From assembly GCA_973895155.1 (NCBI GenBank), contig OZ316892.1:26559233-26623232 (forward strand): a stretch of 64,000 nt of DNA. Reading direction: 5' to 3'. The notes below the pieces were generated by a model. That model made no database searches and had not been told where the DNA came from. It saw nothing but the letters and a program-made list of their open reading frames with translations. The stretch is from Marsupella aquatica (lineage: Eukaryota; Plantae; Marchantiophyta). A program made the position numbers and the translations under genes. This document shows positions 35,941-48,139 of the stretch, piece after piece; the stretch's first letter is position 1; the number at the start of each line of letters is the position of its first letter.

Positions 35941-38289
35941 TGGCACCTCTGCTGCTCAAAGAGGGGTGGCCAGGTCCAAGCTAGCAGACGCGTAAATTAT
36001 TTCTGAGAGCAACCAAGCAAGCATTAGTCTTGCCACATATTTTTTAAGGTATTTTATTTTTAGCTAGTGTGGTGAATGTCAGCAGCTCAAAGGGAGGAGA
36101 TGCTAGGAATATTCTTTGTCAATTTTTCGTGGATTACATCCTGACCGTCGCATATCCCTCGATCTACAGATGACGGTTGGATTCTGGCGAATGGGGTCCA
36201 TGATTAGGTGGGAAAGTGGCGAATCGCATTAAAAAAAATCTAGGAAGTGTTAGCCAAAAGTGGCAAACACTTTTGGTGGAGGTGGAATTTGGCAAAAATT
36301 CACACCTAAAAAATTTGTTGGTGCGGACGTTGTATACTGTTGAGATGTACTATGGATGGACATTTTTTTTGGATTACATCATTTGGAGCTTATTCCCGGA
36401 TTTTTGCAGTCTTTTTGTGAAGAAACCTAGTTTCTGCACAGATTCTAAGTGTTTGATGCAGATTAAGAAGTTGGATCTCCTCCTATTTTATTTAAAATGA
36501 TAGAGACCTCAGAAATGTCTGAAACTTTGGCAGCAAGTGAAATAGACATAGGAGATTATCCTGGCAAGGTTTGAGCTTCATCGGAGCAGCGGTTAAGAAG
36601 TTATGATTTTTTCAAAGTTACTAAGTCTTTGTATGCAGTATTTTTGGCGACACTTCTGAAAGCGTCCACCAAAATTATGACGCTTCTGAAAGCGTCCGCC
36701 TTCAAGACTTGACGCCTTTGAAAGCGTCACCTGACGCCGATGACAAAAGTATGGGACGCTTCTAAAGGCGTCCCCAGTACCCTGACGCTTTGCAAAGCGC
36801 CCACATAGTTCCCGACACTTAGAAAAATCTGTGTTAAACTGCATTTTTACCCAACAGCACTTTTGTCCAATTTCTTTGAAGTACTTAGACCACTCAAAAA
36901 AGTCTGAGAGTTTTTCTGCTTACAGATTGAAGGTAGTACAAGCCACTATACGAAAATCAGCATTTTGGGTGTTATTGTTTAAGAATTAAAAATAGAGAAA
37001 TCTAGTCAAATCTTATATTCTATCAGAAAAGTTTAATGACACTTAGCCATTTCAACACTTAGACTTAGTTTTTGTTGGAACTTAGTATTAGAATCATATT
37101 TTGTCAAGTTTTGTTAGTCTCAAAAGGTTATACCTTTCCATACCTCCTTTATGTTAGGCTTCCAAACCTATAAAGTCTTTTAGAGTTACTCCATGGGGGA
37201 AAGAGAATCTTATTCACTGTGGAATTTGCTGATTAATTCTCCCCTCTTCCATTGTAACAAGACATTGAGAGTCAAGGTCTTGTATGGAAGTAAAGCTTGA
37301 TTTTAAAGTGTGATTAAATTCAAGACTCTTTTGTGGTGATTGAATTAATTTAATGATTAGCTTATGAGATTCACATCGAATTCACTGCTAAGCTTACTCG
37401 CTGTGACGAGATTCGTTAGCCAGTTCGAGGATGAATATTGTTTGTGAGAGGCAAATTCCATTTTCAGAGTAATTAGTACCGATTGCCATGCACTGGAATA
37501 AACTTTAGAATTTGACTTAAGTCATGTATCATACTTAGTCGAATCATGTTGACGGCATCTTAAAGTTTATCATTGCATTTGTAACCAGAAAATTACCTTG
37601 GGTTTGGTGAACAGAATTCCCACAATCAGTATTATTATAGGTTAGAGAGAAAGGTTGATTGAAGAATGATAGCAAGTTACCATTCTATACATGCTAAGAC
37701 TAGAGTCATTTCTTAAGGAGTGACAATGTTAAAATGCTAATTAAATCATCTCAATCTAAGTTTATCCTCCCCTATAACTCAGAAGATCATTTGTTGTTGT
37801 TTTGATTAATTTGTTTACTTCTGTTAGGAGTAAGTGTGAATAATAGAGAACAAGAGGCTCTAAAGTTCTCAAAATGATAAAAATATTCAATCCGATCCAA
37901 TTCTGTTCTTAAAGGGATCGAAACTCGAGTCTTTAAGTGAAAAGAGACACTTTTGGTTCTTCCATCTATACGACATGTACTAGGGCGTTTCAGATATGTG
38001 AATTTTGCAAGCCGGACCACGCCCGAGACTGTCCCGGGTCGGACACCAAATGTCGCGCCCAACCAATCACGCCCAGGATTTAGTGACCAGTGGAAGGGCC
38101 GGCAAAACCGTGCAAAATACCTCGCGACTCTGTGTTTGTCTCTGAAGGTCGAAGGTTGAGGGTCAGGCTTACGAGTCTTCGATGTGAGCGCCGTGACCCC
38201 ACTCAATTTTGACTACCCCCGGCCCAAAAAAAGGGGCCTAGGTGTACCCACTTTGGGTGCACCTTGAGGGCTTTACAGGTGGCCCGTGA
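35941..38289 (+). mobile_element. ~2.35-kb insertion resembling an LTR-retrotransposon LTR (solo-LTR-like)
   Basis: Absent from the inverted paralogue (empty site ~20712-20730). Non-coding, with a palindromic repeat array at 36649-36830 and a right end ...gagggctttaCA (38277) followed by ggtggcccgt. No clean TSD. Confidence 0.5.
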
Positions 38290-38350
38290 GGTCATTTTTT
38301 TTCTTCATATTTGAGGCGCCCTAATAATGTAGTTCTCGGCTTGTTCCGAG

Positions 38351-38503
38351 ACTGCGCGTGAAATCTACGCCAACCATACAACCTGAACATAAACCAAGAC
38401 ACATGTCGTTCAAATCATTTGGTTTATAAATCAGAAATATAGTGTATTGGTTTATGTTCTGGTGTACGGACCGCATTAACTTGACGTAGATTTAACACGC
38501 CGT
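38351..38503. mobile_element. 153-bp MITE with ~23-bp TIRs and an 8-bp TSD (gttccgag)
   Basis: TIRs actgcgcgtgaaatctacgccaa / ttgacgtagatttaacacgccgt; TSD at 38343-38350 and 38504-38511; single-copy empty site in the paralogue at ~20660-20667. Confidence 0.9.
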
Positions 38504-39356
38504 GTTCCGAGCTAGAAGAAGCAACTAGCAAGGACATGAGGGCAGTAACTACTGCGAGAGTAGAAGAAGCTGTCTTGGGGGCGGAAGGCCACGCGCAGGA
38601 TTGTTGCATAGATGGGACTTAGCTTGGTTACCTGGGCATTATGTGAAAGCATTCCATGGCAGGTGGATCATCACTGAACATGAAACTGGGGCAGACAGGA
38701 GACAGTTTACACTTTTGAAGCATTACTGGGCAACGGCTAGAGTGCCTCAGAAGAGCATGATGTTATGATTTTGGAGATAGTATGTGGGTCTGAAGTAGAC
38801 CTGGACCTTGTTGAATTGACCGGTGAAATCCACTTCTGCTGGATCTTAGTAGCGACAGTTCCAAAACGATTAGTTTGACTCGGAGAATTACAGTAATGTT
38901 AGTTTCCGCATTACACCTATTGCTTGCATAGGTAGGAACTTTTGAAGATTATTTGACCTTGTGTCTGATGATAGACGCAACAATTTGCTGGTTTTCCAGG
39001 TTGCTAAAATTATCTGGAAACTTTTAGAAGGTACGGAGTGTAACCCAATGTGTCCCAGTTCTAGAGATGGTGGGAATCCTTAGTGCTCCAATGTTCTAAA
39101 TGCTGGCCAAGCCCATAGCTGGAGCACTTATAAATCGCTGGACGCGAGCTTCTAATAGGTTTTGTTTTGTACCATTGTAGGATAGGCCACCCTAAAATGC
39201 TACCGGCACACCGAAGAGGAGTGGAACTGAAGTCCTCGTGTTTCAACTGAATTGCCTTATCTGTCCTTCCGTCAAGTTCCCACGTCCTACATTATAGAAG
39301 TACGTCTCCTTTCTGCAAGCTTTGCGTCCTAAATTGTAATTGAAAGACAATTGTAA

Positions 39357-41557
39357 TCAAGATTCGGGCCCCGTTCTGCTGACTGCGTCCTGCAGAGGTA
39401 CAAGGTCTGCTGTCCCACCATATTCCGCTGGTAGATACTCTAGGTCTATCTCGTTTGTGAGAGTCTCAACTATTTTATCCTTGTCAACAAATGTGACCTG
39501 CAGCCAGTGAGTGACAGCATTGAGCATCCTTCGGTGATTTTGAATTGGCTGAGCTGAAACTCAAATTAGAGGTACAGTAACTGGTTTGCAGAAAAGGGAA
39601 GAGGAGTCTGCTGAACCATGAAAAGCAGGAATTAGTTACTTACTCTGTTCCTTGTGTCCTCGTCAAGGAAGGGCTTAACAACTTTCCAGAGCCCATTGAA
39701 AATGAGTGGGACGTTTATCATGAAGACTTTGTCCAGTCGTTGGGGATAATGATTCTAAAAGTACAACAATACTCCAGAGTTAGCTGTTATCAAAGTCACC
39801 ATAGCTGTTTAGCACACAAGCTCTAAAGTTATTTATATCCCCCTTACCCACAAACCGATCCCAATCCTTACAACAAGAGAAGCCTGCTCTTCCATCATCA
39901 AACGGTAAACATTGACAATTTCCTAAACATGCTGGAAACTGAAGCAACGAAAGACAAATGTTTTAAGTAAATAACAGATGGATTCTCGATTTGTGCCTTC
40001 ACCTGCAAAATTTGTGCAGCAGCTATGAATGATTTAGAGTCCATGTTCTTGAAGCCAAGACCCTTCAGGTCTAGTATACATAGAAACTCCTCCGCATCTG
40101 GAGGTGCCCTGGAGGTGTGCACATTATGTACACATCAGTTCACAGCCATGGGTGTTCATTGCTTAGCATATCTACACACACCATAAGTCACTGAAAAGAG
40201 ATAATGGCCTGAATAACGGGGACATTCCAGAACTCAGAACAAGACCACACTAGGTTTGCCACTATGAAATGCCCTACATTTCTACGAAGGATGAGTCTCT
40301 TCCACATCACCAAAATTTTCAAACAGTTTTCGAGATGAAGAGATTCCAGTTGAGATCTTACTCTCGGATCAGGCTTTCGATGAAAAACACAATGAAACCT
40401 GCATAAAAACAAAAACGAACAATCGTCCTGAGGAACAATAGTTCACATTCCAGAATCAGCACACTCTGTCCAAAACAACCTCCTGTAATTCCCATACCAC
40501 TCTGACAGTTGAGTGCTAGTATAAAACAACAGCAACATGCAGGTTTGGTCGATTTCCATCTTGTGTTGTCAATGTGGGCCTGTCTACAATGTGCGAGGTT
40601 ATCTTATGGCAAAGCCGATGATGAAATTCTTCGTAATGCGGAGGCTCTCTGGAAAACATACGCTTGAACTCTTCAAAATCTTTCTTGTTGTAGACATGAT
40701 TTCGCCCTATCGTGAGCAGGGCAGGACGGCCCTTCTTGTCTTTCTTAATCCAATATGCCTTCTTTGCCTCGAGTTCTGCTTGAACTTCTGCCTCAGTGAA
40801 GTATCCCTTCGGCATAAATTCCTCTCTCCATTTCTGATGACTGGCAACAGCTTTTGCTGTCGCCTCTATGTCCAAAGATTTTGTTCGCAGAAACCGTAGC
40901 AATTCTTTGTCATCAGCAACCTTCCCAGGAACAAGCAGCCACCCAGTATATCAGAGCAGTGAACTTGTCAAATCAATTAAAGTTGCAGACCCGAGCTGAA
41001 TTTGACGTTCTGTGTTCTCACAAATGTTTTTCTCATATAAACTTCCTCTGCAAAATGATTGTGGGATTCGTCTAGTATGTCAATATTCACTGTGAACAAA
41101 GCAAGAGAGTTACCTTTGCGTTTCCGCCTTTAAGGTCCACCTGTTCTCTCAGTTTCTCTAAAGCTTGTTTCAACTCACTTTCTTCTGCAATCGCGTCTGC
41201 CTGCAGGGCACTTCGGACCCACGTAGTCCATCCTGCACAGATGAACGGGGAACCTTACCAAAGAGGGCTCACAAGAGGACATGAAATGAAGACGAGGGTC
41301 ATGCTAGTGAGTATATAATGAAGTCGAGGGTCATGCTACTCACTGGATGTAGCCAACTTCGCTGCACCAGAATTGCCGCTACTCAGAGTTCTCAGAATGC
41401 TACTTCGGCCCATGGCATTTTTTGAGCCATATCTCAATTCCAGGGAAGACGACGGTCTCAGGAGGGGCAAACTCCTCACTTTCGCCCTCGTAATTACATC
41501 ATTGGAAGCAAGTAACGATGGCGACGCCAGAACTCCGCTCGCCATCGCCATTGCCAT
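39357..41557 (-). CDS. Sec14/CRAL-TRIO lipid-binding protein with a transit-peptide-like N-terminus, about 7 exons
   Basis: LLRFLRTKSLD...KDKKGRPAL, FLCILDLKGLGFKNMD, LQ|NHYPQRLDKVFMINVPLIFNGLWKVVKPFLDEDTR, YLPAEYGG; GT-AG introns. Confidence 0.9.
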
Positions 41558-42720
41558 TATTCCTGTCTATACAACACTTGACCACCAACCAGCCTGCCTT
41601 GACTCTGCCCGCCGAAAAGAAGAGCGAATTCCTGGAGCCGTATTCCAATTTTCTGACAGATATCGCTTCCACACTTCAAAACAATGCAGAGCAACAAAAT
41701 GAGGAAAACCTCTCTGTCCGCTTCTCCTCGCCTCTGAAAAGTTCTGCGTTTTTCTGCTCTGACCCAACTCCTGTAGCCAGAGACAACAACCAACTAGAAA
41801 ACTTCACTCACCCGAATCGTTCCACACTTCAAACCAACCGCAGCAGAGCTACTGAACAACCGCAACTCTCCTCGTAACTCTGTTCTGGTCCGGCCAAATT
41901 ACTCTCTAATTCACTGATCCAAACACTCCCCCCCCCCCCAACACTACACAAGCAAAAAAGGCAACCCAAAGTGCAACGGTTCTGCTCTCTCCACCACCGG
42001 CTAATTATGGACCAATAACTCTATTCCGCACTTCTAAGCAATATAGCAGAGCTAACCACCAAAAGAACGAGATGACACTCCACTTCACCCACGAGAGGTC
42101 TTTCTACGCTTCGATCAGAACCACGGAAAAATCAAAACAGGAATCCACAAATCCTCCTCCAAGCAGCTCACTTCAGTTTCACTTTGTCTATCCTCTGGCC
42201 CACCAATTCACAGAGGGAGACAAGAATACAGAAAAGAATCATTCCAAACTGAAGCTCGGCAGAAGAGAGGTGCAGAGGTGGACACAGCAACACTCACCGG
42301 ATTGGGAGGAGAGCAAGCAACAAACCACCCAGCTGACACCAAATCATGAAAATCTGCAGGAGCGTTTGACTGACTGAACCAATGTCTTCCTTATTTCGGT
42401 AGATTGGTGCAACGGCATCAGGGGTAGGCGGTCAGCAGCTCATGCACAACTTTACAGGAGTTTAAGACCCAACGAGCAAGCAAACTCTCCCACAACGAGA
42501 GAACAGTTCGTCTTCTACTCTCCAACATTTCGCCAATCTGCCGTCTTTCGAGGAATTTATTGGAGACGGCAGCTACAGTTACGTACTCTTCGATTTCACA
42601 TTGCAGGGAATCCTGCCCACCGACTGCGCTGCCATGACTTCTCCCACAGATAATCCAGTCGAGCATGACACGATACTCCTGAGCTTCTGCCCCAACTGGT
42701 TTCATGGCCTGCATGGCGTT

Positions 42721-43292
42721 GGAGTCCTCTTTGATTGCACAGTGAGCTCAGTCTAAGTGCACACTCCCATTGCATTCCTCTTTGATTGCACAGTGAGCTC
42801 AGTCTAAGTGCACACTCCCATTGCATTCCTCTTTGATTGCACAACGAGCTCAGTCTAAGTGCACAGTCTAAGTGCACACTCCCATTGCATTCCTCTTTGA
42901 TTGCACAGTGTGCTCTGGATAAGTGCACACTCCCATTGCATTCCTCTTTGATTGCACAGTGTGCTCTGGATAAGTGCACACTCCCATTGCATTCCTCTTT
43001 GATTGCACAGTGTGCTCTGGCTAAGTGCACACTCCCATTGCATTCCTCTTTGATTGCACAGTGTGCTCTGGATAAGTGCACACTCCCATTGCATTCCTCT
43101 TTGATTGCACAGTGTGCTCTGGATAAGTGCACACTCCCATTGCATTTCTCTTTGATTGCACAGTGAGCTCTGGATAAGTGTACACTCCCATTGCATTCCT
43201 CTTTGATTGCACAGTGAGCTCTGGATAAGTGCACACTCCCATTGCATTCCTCTTTGATTGCACAGTGAGCTCTGGCTAGTGCACACTCCAAC
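42721..43292. repeat. 51-bp minisatellite, ~11 copies, two unit variants
   Basis: Unit aagtgcacactcccattgcattcctctttgattgcacagtg(t/a)gctc(tggat/agtct). Confidence 0.95.
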
Positions 43293-43635
43293 CAATGCAC
43301 TTAACTACACTGCTCACAGTGATTACTGTTATGCAAGAATTAGTGTTACTACAATATTACTGTTAGTTTTGGTGGACGTGATGTTGAGTGTAACAACACC
43401 ATGCCCTTGTCCATATTCAAAGACAACTTCTTTCTGCTTTCATTTACAATACTAGTAAAAACTTGGTGTTCTTGAGTGTTTTTTAAAGAAGTAACTCTCT
43501 TTGTCCATTACCTTTCCACTATTGAGAGCAAGATAACATTAATTGCGCACAAGTAAATCTTACTTATAAAGGGCGAACCACAAGCTAGAGATGGTGTTCT
43601 AGGCTTCTAGAGTGAAGCCTCTAGACCGTAACTCT

Positions 43636-43945
43636 AGGGCCCCACCAAATGTATTTGAATGAGCAGGATGGGATGTCATGCATGCTGCTGATTTTTGTCT
43701 TCGTCTCTGTTGCCATTCAAGGAATGGGCCCCCACCAAATGTATGTGAACGAGCAGGATGGGATGTCATGCATGCTGCTTGTTTTGTCATCATCTCTGTC
43801 GCCCACTCAAAGAATGGGCATTCAGACTCGTTAGTGTAACAACTAACTATTGTGGGTATTCTTAATTCATGGGTAGAGCCAACAATTTCTACTCTCAATT
43901 TAGTGTGGGTATTCTTAATTCATGGGTAGCACAACAATTTAGTGT
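43636..43945. repeat. Two local duplications (~90 bp x2 and ~60 bp x2)
   Basis: cccaccaaatgtat.tgaa.gagcaggatgggatgtcatgcatgctgct twice; gtgggtattcttaattcatgggtag twice. Confidence 0.75.
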
Positions 43946-43949
43946 GAGT

Positions 43950-44296
43950 AACCCTAATTGCCGTGAACAGTGTAGGGTTTGCACTGGTGATAAGTGCAAA
44001 CCATTCTTTGTATTCCTTGCCCCCCCCCCCCCCCCCCCCGGGCCTCAAGCTGGTGAAAGTCGCGTCTTGTATTTGTATGCTAATTTGACATTTTGTTTGA
44101 AGGTTGCACTTGAGATGCACTGACTAATTGTGTTGATTAAGGAAGCATAGTAGGCTAATGTGAACCATTGTGTGCCATCCATTGAGTTTTATCACCCTGC
44201 TTATCCTAGGGTCACATTTGATTCGGTCCTACACCTAACTCTTCCCTATCAAGGGCATAGGCATCAATACACTGAAATTCCAGCATGGTATCAGAG
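43950..44296 (+). mobile_element. LTR-retrotransposon remnant: LTR 3' end (CA) plus tRNA-iMet primer-binding site
   Basis: ...ttccagCA|TGGTATCAGAG at 44286-44296. The left boundary is not defined and no gag/pol follows. Confidence 0.5.
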
Positions 44297-44647
44297 TTCA
44301 GCTCTGGGATTGTCAGTCCTAAGCCATATTGCTCCACTGGATGTGTGATCAAGAATTGATGAACACCTCAGATGTTGCGCATGGTTCCCTTCCCTAAACC
44401 CTTGCCTCCAGCTTTGCAAAAGATCCACTAGCTCGAAGACATTACCCAAGTCTCTCAAGCAATGGGCCTAAAAACGCTCAGCTATTGGTTGCAAGTCTTG
44501 CATGTCAAAAGGCCGTGGGACTCACCTATGTCTCTCAGGCTCACCCTCCTTAGGGAGACAAGAACCACGAAGTCAACTAACCACCCTTGCTTGCCACCAG
44601 TCACAGCTCACTAGTCCATTGGTACACTTGCTGTGGATCCCAACATA

Positions 44648-45919
44648 TTATTTACAAATGTGACAGTCACTTGAGAAACCAAAGCTTGGATGGAGCGAGA
44701 CTTTGTCCCTGCCAAATCCCCATGGACTGTGGAAAGTCACCAGACAGTTTACACCAAAGAGAAAAAAAAAGGACCTGCTACATTTGTCCTGTGAATCATC
44801 AGCAGCGAACTTGATCTCCACGATCTTGAAGGAATCCCGATCCAGTCCTCCGAAGTTCTCTGCAAAGTGAGCATGGATGGCAAAGACGTCCGAATCCTTG
44901 ACTTTCACAGCTGTAGTTGAGAATGAAGCGTTCAATGGAACTTTATCGATCAAAGTGGCAGACTGCCATGAATCCTTGCTAGACAACAACCAGGCAGAGT
45001 GTGTGGACACCACAACTAGGGAGCCGTCCGACCTCAATGTCATGCCATCAGCTGCTGGCAGCACTGCTACATTATTACTAGCTCCATCCGTGATCTTCAC
45101 GGCTTCCATCTCCTGATCAGCAAGTCTAATTCTCCAAATAGCTCCCGAATTGGACTGAGAGACGAGGAGATGACCCTCCTGGTCAAAGACGATCCCGTTG
45201 GTGGTGACAGTCTTGACAAACTCATTGTCCAGCGCATATGGCATCCGAGGAACTGGCGCAAATGGCAACTGAGGAACTGAGGCAATGAACACACTCTGGA
45301 CCCCTTCCGGCGTCACCTTCCATATCGAATTGCCGGCAGAGTTGGTCACGTACGCATTGCCGTCCCCGTCCACAGCCACATCGTTAGCCATAACATTTTT
45401 TGCTCTCTTCGCAGAGCCATCCCCCACCCACTCTACGTCCTCCTCCTGGAGAAAATTCACAAAAAACGTCCTCTTCTTTGAATCGAGATCATAAGCAGCC
45501 AGACCAGATATGCTGTTGGGGCCTGAGGGTCTGTTCGCCACTGCTAGCACACGATTGCGGATTGGGTCCACCGTGACACCCAGGATCATACCTCCGGCAT
45601 ACTCTTCGTCCTTGACGAAATCTTCCACATTGCCGTCCTCTGTAACAGTGACCAATTTGCCGTGACCTACTGACCCCACCAGGAATCGGCTGTGCCCTGC
45701 ATCCCAATCGAAGCTCTCGGGATACAGATTGTGGGCCTTCATTTCGATCGTGACTAAGTCGGACTTGAGGGCTTCTTCTGCTTGCTCTCCTTCTGCTGCT
45801 GCCCTTACCAGACCCGGCTGTTCTATATAAGTCATCACCATCATCAACACACTCATCCTCAGGACGAGAATTCCCAGCTGCTTCATGCTGTCACAACTCT
45901 TGCTCCGTTCCACTGCCAT
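44648..45919 (-). CDS. SMP-30/gluconolactonase-like (Ca-dependent phosphotriesterase superfamily) beta-propeller with a signal peptide
   Basis: Hydrophobic N-terminus, then LYPESFDWD...FLVGS, ILGVTVDP, ANDVAVDGDGNAYVTNS, NGIVFD and ADGMTLR. The 3' end may be spliced or truncated. Confidence 0.85.
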   Translation of the reverse strand: MAVERSKSCDSMKQLGILVLRMSVLMMVMTYIEQPGLVRAAAEGEQAEEALKSDLVTIEMKAHNLYPESFDWDAGHSRFLVGSVGHGKLVTVTEDGNVEDFVKDEEYAGGMILGVTVDPIRNRVLAVANRPSGPNSISGLAAYDLDSKKRTFFVNFLQEEDVEWVGDGSAKRAKNVMANDVAVDGDGNAYVTNSAGNSIWKVTPEGVQSVFIASVPQLPFAPVPRMPYALDNEFVKTVTTNGIVFDQEGHLLVSQSNSGAIWRIRLADQEMEAVKITDGASNNVAVLPAADGMTLRSDGSLVVVSTHSAWLLSSKDSWQSATLIDKVPLNASFSTTAVKVKDSDVFAIHAHFAENFGGLDRDSFKIVEIKFAADDSQDKCSRSFFFLFGVNCLVTFHSPWGFGRDKVSLHPSFGFSSDCHICK

Positions 45920-46403
45920 CTCAAACCCTCAAATTTTCTCCACCAGTCGTCACTGCAATCAACGAGGAAGGCAAGCTCGCTCACTCACTCACTCACTCAC
46001 TCACTATCTGGGGTTCCGATTCTCTCCTAAATGATTCTCTCCTCTTCTGTTTCGTTACACAGTACTGTAGTTGTTGTGCAGGGATAGACAAGAAAGGATA
46101 TCCATCACGACGTCAAATCATTAGTGCAGCTAAAAGACCAAATCTGTGTCTCGAGATACAGCAAAGGAACGATCTGTACAAAGAAGTGACCATAACCTTC
46201 CTGGATTCGGAAGAGAGATCGCACGACTTAAATATGCGGAGTGAACTGTTCTTTCGTAGGAACTACGGTATTTTAGGATGAAAGGCATATCTGGTCATCA
46301 TCCATAGAAAGTTCCATCGAAAGATAGACTGATAGGACTTCCCTTCTTCACTGACCACTGAATGGCACCTTGCCACCTTGCAGGGACCTGATCACTGGCC
46401 GGT

Positions 46404-46639
46404 CGCGGCCTTAGGTGCTCCGCGGCCTTAGGTGCTCGGCCGCGGCCTTAGGACTGTTCTACTCCCAGTGTAGTATCTAAATTACTTGTTTAGTTGCCTC
46501 TTTTTGTGGCTCAGTTTTGCCCCCTGACACCAAGCCTTAGGTGCTCGGCCGCGGCCTTAGGACTGTTCTGCTCCCAGTGTAGTATCTAAATTACTTGTTT
46601 AGTTGCCTCTTTTTGTGGCTCAGTTTCGCCCCTGACACC
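46404..46639. repeat. 109-bp tandem duplication plus short cgcggccttaggtgctc repeats
   Basis: gccttaggtgctcggccgcggccttaggactgttct...ccctgacacc at 46425 and 46534. Confidence 0.88.
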
Positions 46640-48139
46640 GGATTCACCGGTTTTTAGCACATTGACCTTTGGTTTTCTTGGGTGTAGCCTTTGTGGGGGC
46701 TCCCCCTTTCTTTGTATGTTGGCTATTGGAATGGAATTCATTTGGTTTTTAGGAGGCTCAAAGAAAGTTCCTACAAAAAAAGGGGTGTCTCATCATAGGA
46801 ACATCATCCATAGTATTGTCATCATCCATCAAAAGTTCCTACGATAGAATAGGGAGTCTCAAAGTTTTGAAATTATGGATGATAGCACTTGGCCATAAAG
46901 AAAGTTTATTTTTGTTTTTTTTCTTTCTCCAGGCCTCTAGAGTGTCTAATGGTAATGGCAAATCCATAATTATGACACATTTTTATCGCAAAAAGTTATG
47001 GACTATAAATTCTATAGTTTGTAACTTTTTGTGTCCATAACCCATAACTAGGGAGTTAAGGTCCATCAAATTGTTAGCTTTGAGATGGTTTATTGACGTT
47101 CCGGGTAATTGGACACAAAATTGGAATCATACTTAGAAGGAACAACATTAAGTGATATAATGAGCGACATAACAAAGTACCGCATAGAATTAAAGGCATA
47201 CGGTCCCTTTTATGAGGTATAGGGTGACTGTCTGTACATCCACGTGTGTGGGGAGAAAAATGTGAGACCAAATAATCGTAAGCACAACGGCAACATTTAA
47301 GTTGTTCTCACTCAGATAGAGATAAGGCAGCAAGGTCTGTTCAAGCACCGCCACTTGATGCTACAGAGCACTAGGTAAATTACCTGGAACAAACAGCAGG
47401 TACACTAACAGAGAACAAGCTACAAATGGTCAGGAAACCATTTAAAAAATGCCAAAAATATAAAAGGTGCTATCTGAGTTTTTTAGATGTCCTGCCAAAG
47501 TCCATCCCAACAATGCTAGACCATGGCTTCACAGCTAACCCACCAGTCCCTCCGGGTTTAATAAACCTACAATATAGCATGTTCATCCTGGAAGCTTGTT
47601 TTTTTTTTTTGGCTTTGTAGTGATTTGTAAGTAGGATCAAATATGAGAGTAGAATTATTGTACATAAGAGTGAGTGGGATAAAACACAGGAGTATAAGTA
47701 GAGCACATGTAAAGAAAATCACATAAAGACCAATGGAAAGTACAAGTTCTATGGCACAAAGGTACCAAATAGTTGTGCACATAAGATACAGATATTATTA
47801 ATGACAATAAAAAAATAAACTTAGGAAAGAAAACCATGAGGGGAATTCAAGACACTATGTGTACATATTGTTTAGAATCATTTCTCTCACTCATGAGAAG
47901 ACTTAAAACTTTGCTCAAGTGGTAGAAATTAAAGATGATGGGATTCACAGATATGAAATCTAAGAGATAGCAAAGATGAAAAAATTAAGAGGGGTGCCAA
48001 AACAAATTCAAAATACTATATAGGATACCTGAACTTGAAGGGGTCCCAAAATTAATTAAAAGTCTAAATAATACAAATGATGCACCTTCATAAGGCGCAT
48101 TGAAATAAAAATACATCAATATAAATCTAAATAAGACAA

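Noticed and set aside
36649-36830. CRISPR-like palindromic repeat-spacer array
   Set aside because: Eukaryotic context, no cas genes, degenerate 18-nt repeats and very short spacers; it lies inside a TE-like insertion.
42596-43300. 234-aa Cys/His-rich repeat ORF
   Set aside because: By-product of a 51-bp (multiple of 3) minisatellite that is open in several frames on both strands.
18064-45919. Biosynthetic gene cluster (2 UGTs + Sec14 + lactonase-like)
   Set aside because: No scaffold-forming enzyme or P450; the UGT pair is explained by local duplication and the genes are interspersed with unrelated ones.
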